64,000 nt of DNA from Eledone cirrhosa (lineage: Eukaryota): assembly GCA_964016885.1 (NCBI GenBank), contig OZ024740.1, positions 6,820,001 to 6,884,000 of the forward strand, given 5' to 3'. How positions within the stretch are numbered: position 1 is the first letter of the stretch; each line of letters opens with the position of its first letter. This document shows positions 12,621 through 25,750 of the stretch, piece by piece. The notes below the pieces were generated by a model, which was given only the letters and a program-made list of their open reading frames with translations, searched no databases and had not been told where the DNA came from. A program made the translations under genes and the position numbers.

Positions 12621-15600
12621 GATCCTAAGGCAGTATTTGTGAGAGACATTACCCCAAAATACTGAGATCTTAAGGCTGTATTTGTGAGAGACATTACCCC
12701 AAAATACTGAGACCCTAAGGCAGTATTTGTGAGATACATTACCCCAAAATACTCAGATCCTAAGGCAGTATTTGTGAGAGACATTACCCCAAAATACTGA
12801 GATACTAAGGCAGTATTTGTGAGAGACATTAGCCCAAAATACTCAGATCCTAAGGCAGTATTTGTGAGAGACATTACCCCAAAATACTCAGATCCTAAGG
12901 CTGTAATTGTGAGAGACATGACCCCAAAATTCTGAGATCCTAAGGCTGTATTTGTGAGAGACATTACCCCAAAATACGCAGATCCTAAGGCAGTATTTGT
13001 GAGAAACATTACACCAAAATACTCAGATCCTAAGGCAGTATTTATGAGAGACATTACCCCAAAATACTCAGATCCTAAGGCAGTATTTGTGAGAGACATT
13101 ACCCCAAAATACTCAGATCCTAAGACAGTATTTGTGAGAGACATTACCCCAAAATACTCAGATCCTAAGGCAGTGTTTGTGAGAGACATTACATCAAAAT
13201 ACTCAGATCCTAAGGCTGTATTTGTGAGAGACATTACCCCAAAATACTGAGATTCTAAGGCTGTATTTATGAGAGACATTACCCCAAAATACTCAGATCC
13301 TAAGGCTGTATTTGTGAGAGACATTACACCAAAATACTCAGATCCTAAGGCTGTATTTATGAGAGACATTACCCCCAAAATACTCAGATTGTAAGGCAGT
13401 GTTTGTGAGAGACATTACCCCAAAATACTGAGATCCTAAGGCTGTATTTGTGAGAGACATTACCCCAAAATACTCAGATCCAAAGGCAGTATTTGTGAGA
13501 GACATTAGCCCAAAATACTCAGATCCTAAGGCTGTGTTTGTGAGAGACATTACCCCAAAATACTCAGATCCTAAGGCAGTATTTATGAGAGACATTACCC
13601 CAAAATACTGAGATCCTAAGACTGGATTTGTGAGAGACATTATCCCAAAATACTGAGATTCTAAGGCTGTATTTGTGAGCGACATTACCCCAAAATACTC
13701 AGATCCTAAGGCAGTGTTTGTGAGAGACATTACCCCAAAATACTCAGATCCTCAGGCTGTATTTGTGGGAGACATTACCCCAAAATACTCAGATCCTAAG
13801 GTAGTGTTTGTGAGAGACATTATCCCAAAATACTCAGATCCTAAGGCTGTATTTGTGAGAGACATTACCCCAAAATACTCAGATCCTAAGGCAGTATTTG
13901 TGAGAGACATTACCCCAAAATACTCAGATCCTAAGGCTGTATTTGTGAGAGACATTACCCCAAAATACTGAGATCCTAAGGCAGTGTTTGTGAGAGACAT
14001 TACGCCAAAATACTCAGATCCTAAGGCTGTATTTGTGAGCGACATTACCCCAAAATACTCAGATCCTAAGGCTGTATTTGTGAGAGACAATACCCCAAAA
14101 TACTCAGATCCTAAGGCTGTATTTGTGAGAGACAATACCCCAAAATACTCAGATCCTAAGGCAGTATTTGTGATAGACAATAACCAAAAATACTCAGATC
14201 CTAAGGCAGTGTTTGGGAGAGACATTACCCCCAAAATACTCAGATCCTAAGGCTGTATTTGTGAGAGACATTCCCCCAAAATACTGAGACCCTAAGGCAG
14301 TATTTGTAAGATACATTACCCCAAAATACTCAGATCCTAAGGCAGTATTTGTGAGAGACATTAGCCCAAAATACTCAGATCCTAAGGCAGTATTTGTGAG
14401 AGACATTACCCCAAAATACTCAGATCCTAAGGCTGTATTTGTGAGAGACATTACCCCAAAATACTGAGATTCTAAGGCTGTATTTTTGAGAGACATTACC
14501 CCAAAATACTCAGATCCTCAGGCTGTATTTGTGGGAGACATTACCCCAAAATACTCAGATCCTAAGGTAGTGTTTGTGAGAGACATTATCCCAAAATACT
14601 CAGATCCTAAGGCTGTATTTGTGAGAGACATTACCCCAAAATACTCAGATCCTAAGGCAGTATTTGTGAGAGACATTACCCCAAAATACTCAGATCCTCA
14701 GGCTGTATTTGTGGGAGACATTACCCCAAAATACTCAGATCCTAAGGTAGTGTTTGTGAGAGACATTATCCCAAAATACTCAGATCCTAAGGCTGTATTT
14801 GTGAAAACATTACCCCAAAATACTGAGATTCTAAGGCTGTATTTTTGAGAGACATTACCCCAAAATACTCAGATCCTCAGGCTGTATTTGTGGGAGACAT
14901 TACCCCAAAATACTCAGATCCTAAGGTAGTGTTTGTGAGAGACATTATCCCAAAATACACAGATCCTAAGGCTGTATTTGTGAGAGACATTACCCCAAAA
15001 TACTCAGATCCTAAGGCAGTATTTGTGAGAGACATTACCCCAAAATACTCAGATCCTAAGGCTGTATTTGTGAGAGACATTACCCCAAAATACTGAGATC
15101 CTAAGGCAGTGTTTGTGAGAGACATTACGCCAAAATACTCAGATCCTAAGGCTGTATTTGTGAGCGACATTACCCCAAAATACTCAGATCCTAAGGCTGT
15201 ATTTGTGAGAGACAATACCCCAAAATACTCAGATCCTAAGGCTGTATTTGTGAGAGACAATACCCCAAAATACTCAGATCCTAAGGCAGTATTTGTGAGA
15301 GACAATAACCCAAAATACTCAGATCCTAAGGCAGTATTTGGGAGAGACATTACCCCCAAAATACTCAGATCCTAAGGCAGTGTTTGTGAAAGACATTACC
15401 GCAAAATACTCAGATCCTAAGGCATCGTTTGTGAGAGATATTACCCGAAAATACTCAGATCCTAAGGCAGTGTTTGTAAGAGACATTACCCCCAAAATAT
15501 TCAGATCCTAAGGCAGTGTTTGTCCGAGATATTACCCCAAAATACTCAGATCCTAAGGCTGTATTTGTGAGAGACATTACCCCAAAATACTCAGATCCTA

Positions 15601-18549
15601 AGGCAGTATTTGTGAGAGACATGACCCCAAAATACTCAGATTCTCAGGCTCTATTTGTGACAGACATTACCCCCAAAATACTCAAATCCTAAGGAAGAAT
15701 TAGTGAGAGACATTACCCCGAAATACTCAGATCCTAAGGCAGTATTTGTGAGCGACATTACCCCAAAATACTCAGATTCTAAGGCTGTATTTGTGAGAGA
15801 CATTACCCCAAAATACTGAGATCCTAAGGCAGTATTTGTGAGAGACATTACCCCAAAATACTGAGATCCTAAGGCAGTATTTGTGAGAGACATTACCCCA
15901 AAATACTGAGATCCTAAGGCAGTATTTGTGAGAGACATTACCCCAAAATACTGAGATCCTAAGGCAGTATTTGTGAGAGACATTACCCCAAAATACTCAG
16001 ATCCTAAGGCAGTATTTGTGAGAGACATTACCCCAAAATACTGAGATCCTAAGGCAGTATTTGTGAGAGACATTACCCCAAAATACTGAGATCCTAAGGC
16101 TGTATTTGTGAGAGACATTACCCCAAAATACTGAGACCCTAAAGCAGTATTTGTGAGATACATTACCCCAAAATACTCAGATCCTAAGGTAGTGTTTGTG
16201 AGAGACATTATCCCAAAATACTCAGATCCTAAGGCTGTATTTGTGAGAGACTTACCCCAAAATACTCAGATCCTAAGGCAGTATTTGTGAGAGACATTAC
16301 CCCAAAATACTCAGATCCTCAGGCTGTATTTGTGGGAGACATTACCCCAAAATACTCAGATCCTAAGGTAGTGTTTGTGAGAGACATTATCCCAAAATAC
16401 TCAGATCCTAAGGCTGTATTTGTGAAAACATTACCCCAAAATACTGAGATTCTAAGGCTGTATTTTTGAGAGACATTACCCCAAAATACTCAGATCCTCA
16501 GGCTGTATTTGTGAGAGACATTATCCCAAAATACTCAGATCCTAAGGCTGTATTTGTGAGAGACATTACCCCAAAATACTCAAATCCTAAGGCAGTATTT
16601 GTGAGAGACATTACCCCAAAATACTCAGATCCTAAGGCTGTATTTGTGAGAGACATTACCCCAAAATACTGAGATCCTAAGGCAGTGTTTGTGAGAGACA
16701 TTACGCCAAAATACTCAGATCCTAAGGCTGTATTTGTGAGCGACATTACCCCAAAATACTCAGATCCTAAGGCTGTATTTGTGAGAGACAATACCCCAAA
16801 ATACTCCGATCCTAAGTCTGTATTTGTGAGAGACAATACCCCAAAATACTCAGATCCTAAGGCAGTATTTGTGAGAGACAATAACCCAAAATACTCAGAT
16901 CCTAAGGCAGTATTTGGGAGAGACATTACCCCCAAAATACTCAGATCCTAAGGCTGTACTTGTGAGAGACATTACCCCAAAATACTCAGATCCTAAGGCA
17001 GTATTTGTGAGAGACATTACCCCAAAATACTCAGATTCTCAGGCTCTATTTGTGACAGACATTACCCCCAAAATACTCAAATCCTAAGGAAGAATTTGTG
17101 AGAGACATTACCCCGAAATACTCAGATCCTAAGGCAGTATTTGTGAGCGACATTATCCCAAAATACTCAGATCCTAAGGCAGTATTTGTGAGAGACATTA
17201 CCCCAAAATACTGAGATCCTAAGGCAGTATTTGTGAGAGACATTACCCCAAAATACTGAGATCCTAAGGATGTGTTTGTGAGAGACATTACCCCAAAATA
17301 CTGAGATCCTAAGGCAGTATTTATGAGAGACATTACCCCAAAATACTGAGATCCTAAGACTGGATTTGTGAGAGACATTATCCCAAAATACTGAGATTCT
17401 AAGGCTGTATTTTTGAGAGACATTACCCCAAAATACTCAGATCCTCAGGCTGTATTTGTGGGAGACATTACCCCAAAATACTCAGATCCTAAGGTAGTTT
17501 TTGTGAGAGACATTATCCCAAAATACTCAGATCCTAAGGCTGTATTTGTGAGAGACATTACCCCAAAATACTCAGATCCTAAGGCAGTATTTGTGAGAGA
17601 CATTACCCCAAAATACTCAGATCCTAAGGCTGTATTTGTGAGAGACATTACCCCAAAATACTGAGATCCTAAGGCAGTGTTTGTGAGAGACATTACGCCA
17701 AAATACTCAGATCCTAAGGCTGTATTTGTGAGCGACATTACCCCAAAATACTCAGATCCTAAGGCTGTATTTGTGAGAGACAATACCCCAAAATACTCAG
17801 ATCCTAAGGCTGTATTTGTGAGAGACAATACCCCAAAATACTCAGATCCTAAGGCAGTATTTGTGAGAGACAATAACCCAAAATACTCAGATCCTAAGGC
17901 AGTATTTGGGAGAGACATTACCCCCAAAATACTCAGATCCTAAGGCTGTATTTGTGAGAGACATTCCCCCAAAATACTGAGACCCTAAGGCAGTATTTGT
18001 GAGATACATTACCCCAAAATACTCAGATCCTAAGGCAGTATTTGTGAGAGACATTACCCCAAAATACACAGATCCTAAGGCAGTATTTGTGAGAGACATT
18101 ACACCAAAATACTCAGATTCTAAGGCAGTGTTTGTGAGAGACATTACCCCAAAATACTGAGATCCTAAGGCTGTACTTGTCAGAGACATTACCCCAAAAT
18201 ACTCAGATCCAAAGGCAGTATTTGTGAGAGACATTAGCCCAAAATACTCAGATACTAAGGCTGTGTTTGTGAGAGACATTACCCCAAAATACTCAGATCC
18301 TAAGGCAGTATTTGTGAGAGACATTACCCCAAAATACTCAGATCCTAAGGCTGTATTTTTGAGAGACATTACCCCAAAATACTGAGATCCTAAGGCTGTA
18401 TTTGTCAGAGACATTACCCCAAAATACTCAGATCCTAAGGCAGTATTTGTGAGAGACATTAGCACAAAATACTCAGATCCTAAGGCAGTATTTGTGAGAG
18501 ACATTACCCCAAAATACTCAGATCCTAAGGCTGTATTTGTGAGAGACAT

Positions 18550-21230
18550 TACCCCAAAATACTGAGATTCTAAGGCTGTATTTTTGAGAGACATTACCCC
18601 AAAATACTCAGATCCTCAGGCTGTATTTGTGGGAGACATTACCCCAAAATACTCAGATCCTAAGGTAGTGTTTGTGAGAGACATTATCCCAAAATACTCA
18701 GATCCTAAGGCTGTATTTGTGAGAGACATTACCCCAAAATACTCAGATCCTAAGGCAGTATTTGTGAGAGACATTACCCCAAAATACTCAGATCCTCAGG
18801 CTGTATTTGTGGGAGACATTACCCCAAAATACTCAGATCCTAAGGTAGTGTTTGTGAGAGACATTATCCCAAAATACTCAGATCCTAAGGCTGTATTTGT
18901 GAAAACATTACCCCAAAATACTGAGATTCTAAGGCTGTATTTTTGAGAGACATTACCCCAAAATACTCAGATCCTCAGGCTGTATTTGTGGGAGACATTA
19001 CCCCAAAATACTCAGATCCTAAGGTAGTGTTTGTGAGAGACATTATCCCAAAATACACAGATCCTAAGGCTGTATTTGTGAGAGACAATACCCCAAAATA
19101 CTCAGATCCTAAGGCAGTATTTGTGAGAGACATTACCCCAAAATACTCAGATCCTAAGGCAGTATTTGGGAGAGACATTACCCCCAAAATACTCAGATCC
19201 TAAGGCTGTACTTGTGAGAGACATTACCCCAAAATACTCAGATCCTAAGGCAGTGTTTGTGAAAGACATTACCGCAAAATACTCAGATCCTAAGGCATCG
19301 TTTGTGAGAGATATTACCCGAAAATACTCAGATCCTAAGGCAGTGTTTGTAAGAGACATTACCCCCAAAATATTCAGATCCTAAGGCAGTGTTTGTCCGA
19401 GATATTACCCCAAAATACTCAGATCCTAAGGCTGTATTTGTGAGAGACATTACCCCAAAATACTCAGATCCTAAGGCAGTATTTGTGAGAGACATGACCC
19501 CAAAATACTCAGATTCTCAGGCTCTATTTGTGACAGACATTACCCCCAAAATACTCAAATCCTAAGGAAGAATTTGTGAGAGACATTACCCCGAAATACT
19601 CAGATCCTAAGGTAGTGTTTGTGAGAGACATTATCCCAAAATACTCAGATCCTAAGGCTGTATTTGTGAGAGACTTACCCCAAAATACTCAGATCCTAAG
19701 GCAGTATTTGTGAGAGACATTACCCCAAAATACTGAGATCCTAAGGCTGTATTTGTGAGAGACATTACCCCAAAATACTGAGACCCTAAAGCAGTATTTG
19801 TGAGATACATTACCCCAAAATACTCAGATCCTAAGGTAGTGTTTGTGAGAGACATTATCCCAAAATACTCAGATCCTAAGGCTGTATTTGTGAGAGACTT
19901 ACCCCAAAATACTCAGATCCTAAGGCAGTATTTGTGAGAGACATTACCCCAAAATACTCAGATCCTCAGGCTGTATTTGTGGGAGACATTACCCCAAAAT
20001 ACTCAGATCCTAAGGTAGTGTTTGTGAGAGACATTATCCCAAAATACTGAGATCCTAAGGCTGTATTTGTCAGAGACATTACCCCAAAATACTCAGATCC
20101 AAAGGCAGTATTTGTGAGAGACATTAGCCCAAAATACTCAGATCCTAAGGCAGTATTTGTGAGAGACATTAGCCCAAAATACTCAGATCCTAAGGCAGTA
20201 TTTGTGAGAGACATTACCCCAAAATACTCAGATCCTAAGGCAGTATTTGTGAGAGACATTACCCCAAAATACTCAGATCCTAAGGCTGTATTTGTGAGAG
20301 ACATTACCCCAAAATACTGAGATTCTAAGGCTGTATTTTTGAGAGACATTACCCCAAAATACTCAGATCCTCAGGCTGTATTTGTGGGAGACATTACCCC
20401 AAAATACTCAGATCCTAAGGTAGTGTTTGTGAGAGACATTATCCCAAAATACTCAGATCCTAAGGCTGTATTTGTGAGAGACATTACCCCAAAATACTCA
20501 GATCCTAAGGCAGTATTTGTGAGAGACATTACCCCAAAATACTCAGATCCTCAGGCTGTATTTGTGGGAGACATTACCCCAAAATACTCAGATCCTAAGG
20601 TAGTGTTTGTGAGAGACATTATCCCAAAATACTCAGATCCTAAGGCTGTATTTGTGAAAACATTACCCCAAAATACTGAGATTCTAAGGCTGTATTTTTG
20701 AGAGACATTACCCCAAAATACTCAGATCCTCAGGCTGTATTTGTGGGAGACATTACCCCAAAATACTCAGATCCTAAGGTAGTGTTTGTGAGAGACATTA
20801 TCCCAAAATACACAGATCCTAAGGCTGTATTTGTGAGAGACAATACCCCAAAATACTCAGATCCTAAGGCAGTATTTGTGAGAGACATTACCCCAAAATA
20901 CTCAGATCCTAAGGCAGTATTTGGGAGAGACATTACCCCCAAAATACTCAGATCCTAAGGCTGTACTTGTGAGAGACATTACCCCAAAATACTCAGATCC
21001 TAAGGCAGTGTTTGTGAAAGACATTACCGCAAAATACTCAGATCCTAAGGCATCGTTTGTGAGAGATATTACCCGAAAATACTCAGATCCTAAGGCTGTA
21101 TTTGTGAGAGACATTACCCCAAAATACTCAGATCCTAAGGCAGTATTTGTGAGAGACATGACCCCAAAATACTCAGATTCTCAGGCTCTATTTGTGACAG
21201 ACATTACCCCCAAAATACTCAAATCCTAAG
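18550..21230. repeat. Block duplication with 1755-bp offset (exactly 39 monomers)
   Basis: Matching ORF pairs 18584/20339, 18943/20698 and 19166/20921 are all offset by 1755. Confidence 0.8.
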
Positions 21231-24200
21231 GAAGAATTTGTGAGAGACATTACCCCGAAATACTCAGATCCTAAGGTAGTGTTTGTGAGAGACATTATCC
21301 CAAAATACTCAGATCCTAAGGCTGTATTTGTGAGAGACTTACCCCAAAATACTCAGATCCTAAGGCAGTATTTGTGAGAGACATTACCCCAAAATACTGA
21401 GATCCTAAGGCTGTATTTGTGAGAGACATTACCCCAAAATACTGAGACCCTAAAGCAGTATTTGTGAGATACATTACCCCAAAATACTCAGATCCTAAGG
21501 TAGTGTTTGTGAGAGACATTATCCCAAAATACTCAGATCCTAAGGCTGTATTTGTGAGAGACTTACCCCAAAATACTCAGATCCTAAGGCAGTATTTGTG
21601 AGAGACATTACCCCAAAATACTCAGATCCTCAGGCTGTATTTGTGGGAGACATTACCCCAAAATACTCAGATCCTAAGGTAGTGTTTGTGAGAGACATTA
21701 TCCCAAAATACTCAGATCCTAAGGCTGTATTTGTGAAAACATTACCCCAAAATACTGAGATTCTAAGGCTGTATTTTTGAGAGACATTACCCCAAAATAC
21801 TCAGATCCTCAGGCTGTATTTGTGGGAGACATTACCCCAAAATACTCAGATCCTAAGGTAGTGTTTGTGAGAGACATTATCCCAAAATACTCAGATCCTA
21901 AGTCTGTATTTGTGAGAGACATTACCCCAAAATACTCAAATCCTAAGGCAGTATTTGTGAGAGACATTACCCCAAAATACTCAGATCCTAAGGCTGTATT
22001 TGTGAGAGACATTACCCCAAAATACTGAGATCCTAAGGCAGTGTTTGTGAGAGACATTACGCCAAAATACTCAGATCCTAAGGCTGTATTTGTGAGCGAC
22101 ATTACCCCAAAATACTCAGATCCTAAGGCTGTATTTGTGAGAGACAATACCCCAAAATACTCAGATCCTAAGGCAGTATTTGTGAGAGACAATAACCCAA
22201 AATACTCAGATCCTAAGGCAGTATTTGGGAGAGACATTACCCCCAAAATATTCAGATCCTAAGGCTGTACTTGTGAGAGACATTACCCCAAAATACTCAG
22301 ATCCTAAGGCAGTGTTTGTGAGAGACATTACCGCAAAATACTCAGATCCTAAGGCATCGTTTGTGAGAGACATTACCCCAAAATACTCAGATCCTAAGGC
22401 TGTATTTGTGAGAGACATTACCCCAAAATACTCAGATCCTAAGGCAGTGTTTGTGAGAGACATTACCCCAAAATACTCAGATCCTAAGGCAGTGTTTGTG
22501 AGAGATATTACCCGAAAATACTCAGATCCTAAGGCAGTGTTTGTAAGAGACATTACCCCCAAAATACTCAGATGATAAGGCAGTGTTTGTCCGAGATATT
22601 ACCCCAAAATACTCAGATCCTAAGGCTGTATTTGTGAGAGACATTACCCCAAAATACTCAGATCCTAAGGCAGTATTTGTGAGAGGTATTACCCCAAAAT
22701 ACTCAGATTCTCAGGCTCTATTTGTGACAGACATTACCCCCAAAATACTCAAATCCTAAGGAAGAATTTGTGAGAGACATTACCCCGAAATACTCAGATC
22801 CTAAGGCAGTATTTGTGAGCGACATTATCCCAAAATACTCAGATTCTAAAGCTGTATTTGTGAGAGACATTACCCCAAAATACTCAGATCCTAAGGCAGT
22901 ATTTGTGAGAGACATTACCCCAAAATACTGAGATCCTAAGGCAGTATTTGTGAGAGACATTACCCCAAAATACTGAGATCCTAAGGCTGTATTTGTGAGA
23001 GACATTACCCCAAAATACTGAGACCCTAAGGCAGTATTTGTGAGATACATTACCCCAAAATACTCAGATCCTAAGGCAGTATTTGTGAGAGACATTACCC
23101 CAAAATACTCAGATCCTCAGGCTGTATTTGTGAGAGACATTACCCCAAAATACTCAGATCCTAAGGCAGTATTTGTGAGAGACATTACCCCAAAATACTC
23201 AGATCCTCAGGCTGTATTTGTGGGAGACATTACCCCAAAATACTCAGATCCTAAGGTAGTGTTTGTGAGAGACATTATCCCAAAATACTCAGATCCTAAG
23301 GCTGTATTTGTGAAAACATTACCCCAAAATACTGAGATTCTAAGGCTGTATTTTTGAGAGACATTACCCCAAAATACTCAGATCCTCAGGCTGTATTTGT
23401 GGGAGACATTACCCCAAAATACTCAGATCCTAAGGTAGTGTTTGTGAGAGACATTATCCCAAAATACACAGATCCTAAGGCTGTATTTGTGAGAGACAAT
23501 ACCCCAAAATACTCAGATCCTAAGGCAGTATTTGTGAGAGACATTACCCCAAAATACTCAGATCCTAAGGCAGTATTTGGGAGAGACATTACCCCCAAAA
23601 TACTCAGATCCTAAGGCTGTACTTGTGAGAGACATTACCCCAAAATACTCAGATCCTAAGGCAGTGTTTGTGAAAGACATTACCGCAAAATACTCAGATC
23701 CTAAGGCATCGTTTGTGAGAGATATTACCCGAAAATACTCAGATCCTAAGGCTGTATTTGTGAGAGACATTACCCCAAAATACTCAGATCCTAAGGCAGT
23801 ATTTGTGAGAGACATGACCCCAAAATACTCAGATTCTCAGGCTCTATTTGTGACAGACATTACCCCCAAAATACTCAAATCCTAAGGAAGAATTTGTGAG
23901 AGACATTACCCCGAAATACTCAGATCCTAAGGTAGTGTTTGTGAGAGACATTATCCCAAAATACTCAGATCCTAAGGCTGTATTTGTGAGAGACTTACCC
24001 CAAAATACTCAGATCCTAAGGCAGTATTTGTGAGAGACATTACCCCAAAATACTGAGATCCTAAGGCTGTATTTGTGAGAGACATTACCCCAAAATACTG
24101 AGACCCTAAAGCAGTATTTGTGAGATACATTACCCCAAAATACTCAGATCCTAAGGTAGTGTTTGTGAGAGACATTATCCCAAAATACTCAGATCCTAAG

Positions 24201-25750
24201 GCTGTATTTGTGAGAGACTTACCCCAAAATACTCAGATCCTAAGGCAGTATTTGTGAGAGACATTACCCCAAAATACTCAGATCCTCAGGCTGTATTTGT
24301 GGGAGACATTACCCCAAAATACTCAGATCCTAAGGTAGTGTTTGTGAGAGACATTATCCCAAAATACTCAGATCCTAAGGCTGTATTTGTGAAAACATTA
24401 CCCCAAAATACTGAGATTCTAAGGCTGTATTTTTGAGAGACATTACCCCAAAATACTCAGATCCTCAGGCTGTATTTGTGGGAGACATTACCCCAAAATA
24501 CTCAGATCCTAAGGTAGTGTTTGTGAGAGACATTATCCCAAAATACTCAGATCCTAAGTCTGTATTTGTGAGAGACATTACCCCAAAATACTCAAATCCT
24601 AAGGCAGTATTTGTGAGAGACATTACCCCAAAATACTCAGATCCTAAGGCTGTATTTGTGAGAGACATTACCCCAAAATACTGAGATCCTAAGGCAGTGT
24701 TTGTGAGAGACATTACGCCAAAATACTCAGATCCTAAGGCTGTATTTGTGAGCGACATTACCCCAAAATACTCAGATCCTAAGGCTGTATTTGTGAGAGA
24801 CAATACCCCAAAATACTCAGATCCTAAGGCAGTATTTGTGAGAGACAATAACCCAAAATACTCAGATCCTAAGGCAGTATTTGGGAGAGACATTACCCCC
24901 AAAATATTCAGATCCTAAGGCTGTACTTGTGAGAGACATTACCCCAAAATACTCAGATCCTAAGGCAGTGTTTGTGAGAGACATTACCGCAAAATACTCA
25001 GATCCTAAGGCATCGTTTGTGAGAGACATTACCCCAAAATACTCAGATCCTAAGGCTGTATTTGTGAGAGACATTACCCCAAAATACTCAGATCCTAAGG
25101 CAGTGTTTGTGAGAGACATTACCCCAAAATACTCAGATCCTAAGGCAGTGTTTGTGAGAGATATTACCCGAAAATACTAAGATCCTAAGGCAGTGTTTGT
25201 AAGAGACATTACCCCCAAAATACTCAGATGATAAGGCAGTGTTTGTCCGAGATATTACCCCAAAATACTCAGATCATAAGGCTGTATTTGTGAGAGACAT
25301 TACCCCAAAATACTCAGATCCTAAGGCAGTATTTGTGAGAGGTATTACCCCAAAATACTCAGATTCTCAGGCTCTATTTGTGACAGACATTACCCCCAAA
25401 ATACTCAAATCCTAAGGAAGAATTTGTGAGAGACATTACCCCGAAATACTCAGATCCTAAGGCAGTATTTGTGAGCGACATTATCCCAAAATACTCAGAT
25501 TCTAAAGCTGTATTTGTGAGAGACATTACCCCAAAATACTCAGATCCTAAGGCAGTATTTGTGAGAGACATTACCCCAAAATACTGAGATCCTAAGGCAG
25601 TATTTGTGAGAGACATTACCCCAAAATACTGAGATCCTAAGGCTGTATTTGTGAGAGACATTACCCCAAAATACTGAGACCCTAAGGCAGTATTTGTGAG
25701 ATACATTACCCCAAAATACTCAGATCCTAAGGCAGTATTTGTGAGAGACA
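20440..25750. repeat. Near-perfect tandem duplication, unit 2656 bp (59 monomers + 1 bp)
   Basis: Eight consecutive ORF pairs share a constant 2656 offset: 20698/23354, 20921/23577, 21316/23972, 21598/24254, 21777/24433, 22041/24697, 22225/24881 and 22718/25374. Shared rare variants include GATGATAAGG, GAGAGGTATT and TTCTAAAGCT. Confidence 0.92.

Noticed and set aside
15817-15861. 45-mer as an ancient dimer of 22/23-bp subunits, each starting TGAGA
   Set aside because: Beyond the shared 5-mer (present only in the TGA allele), the halves match at only about 6 of 17 positions by hand alignment, near chance.
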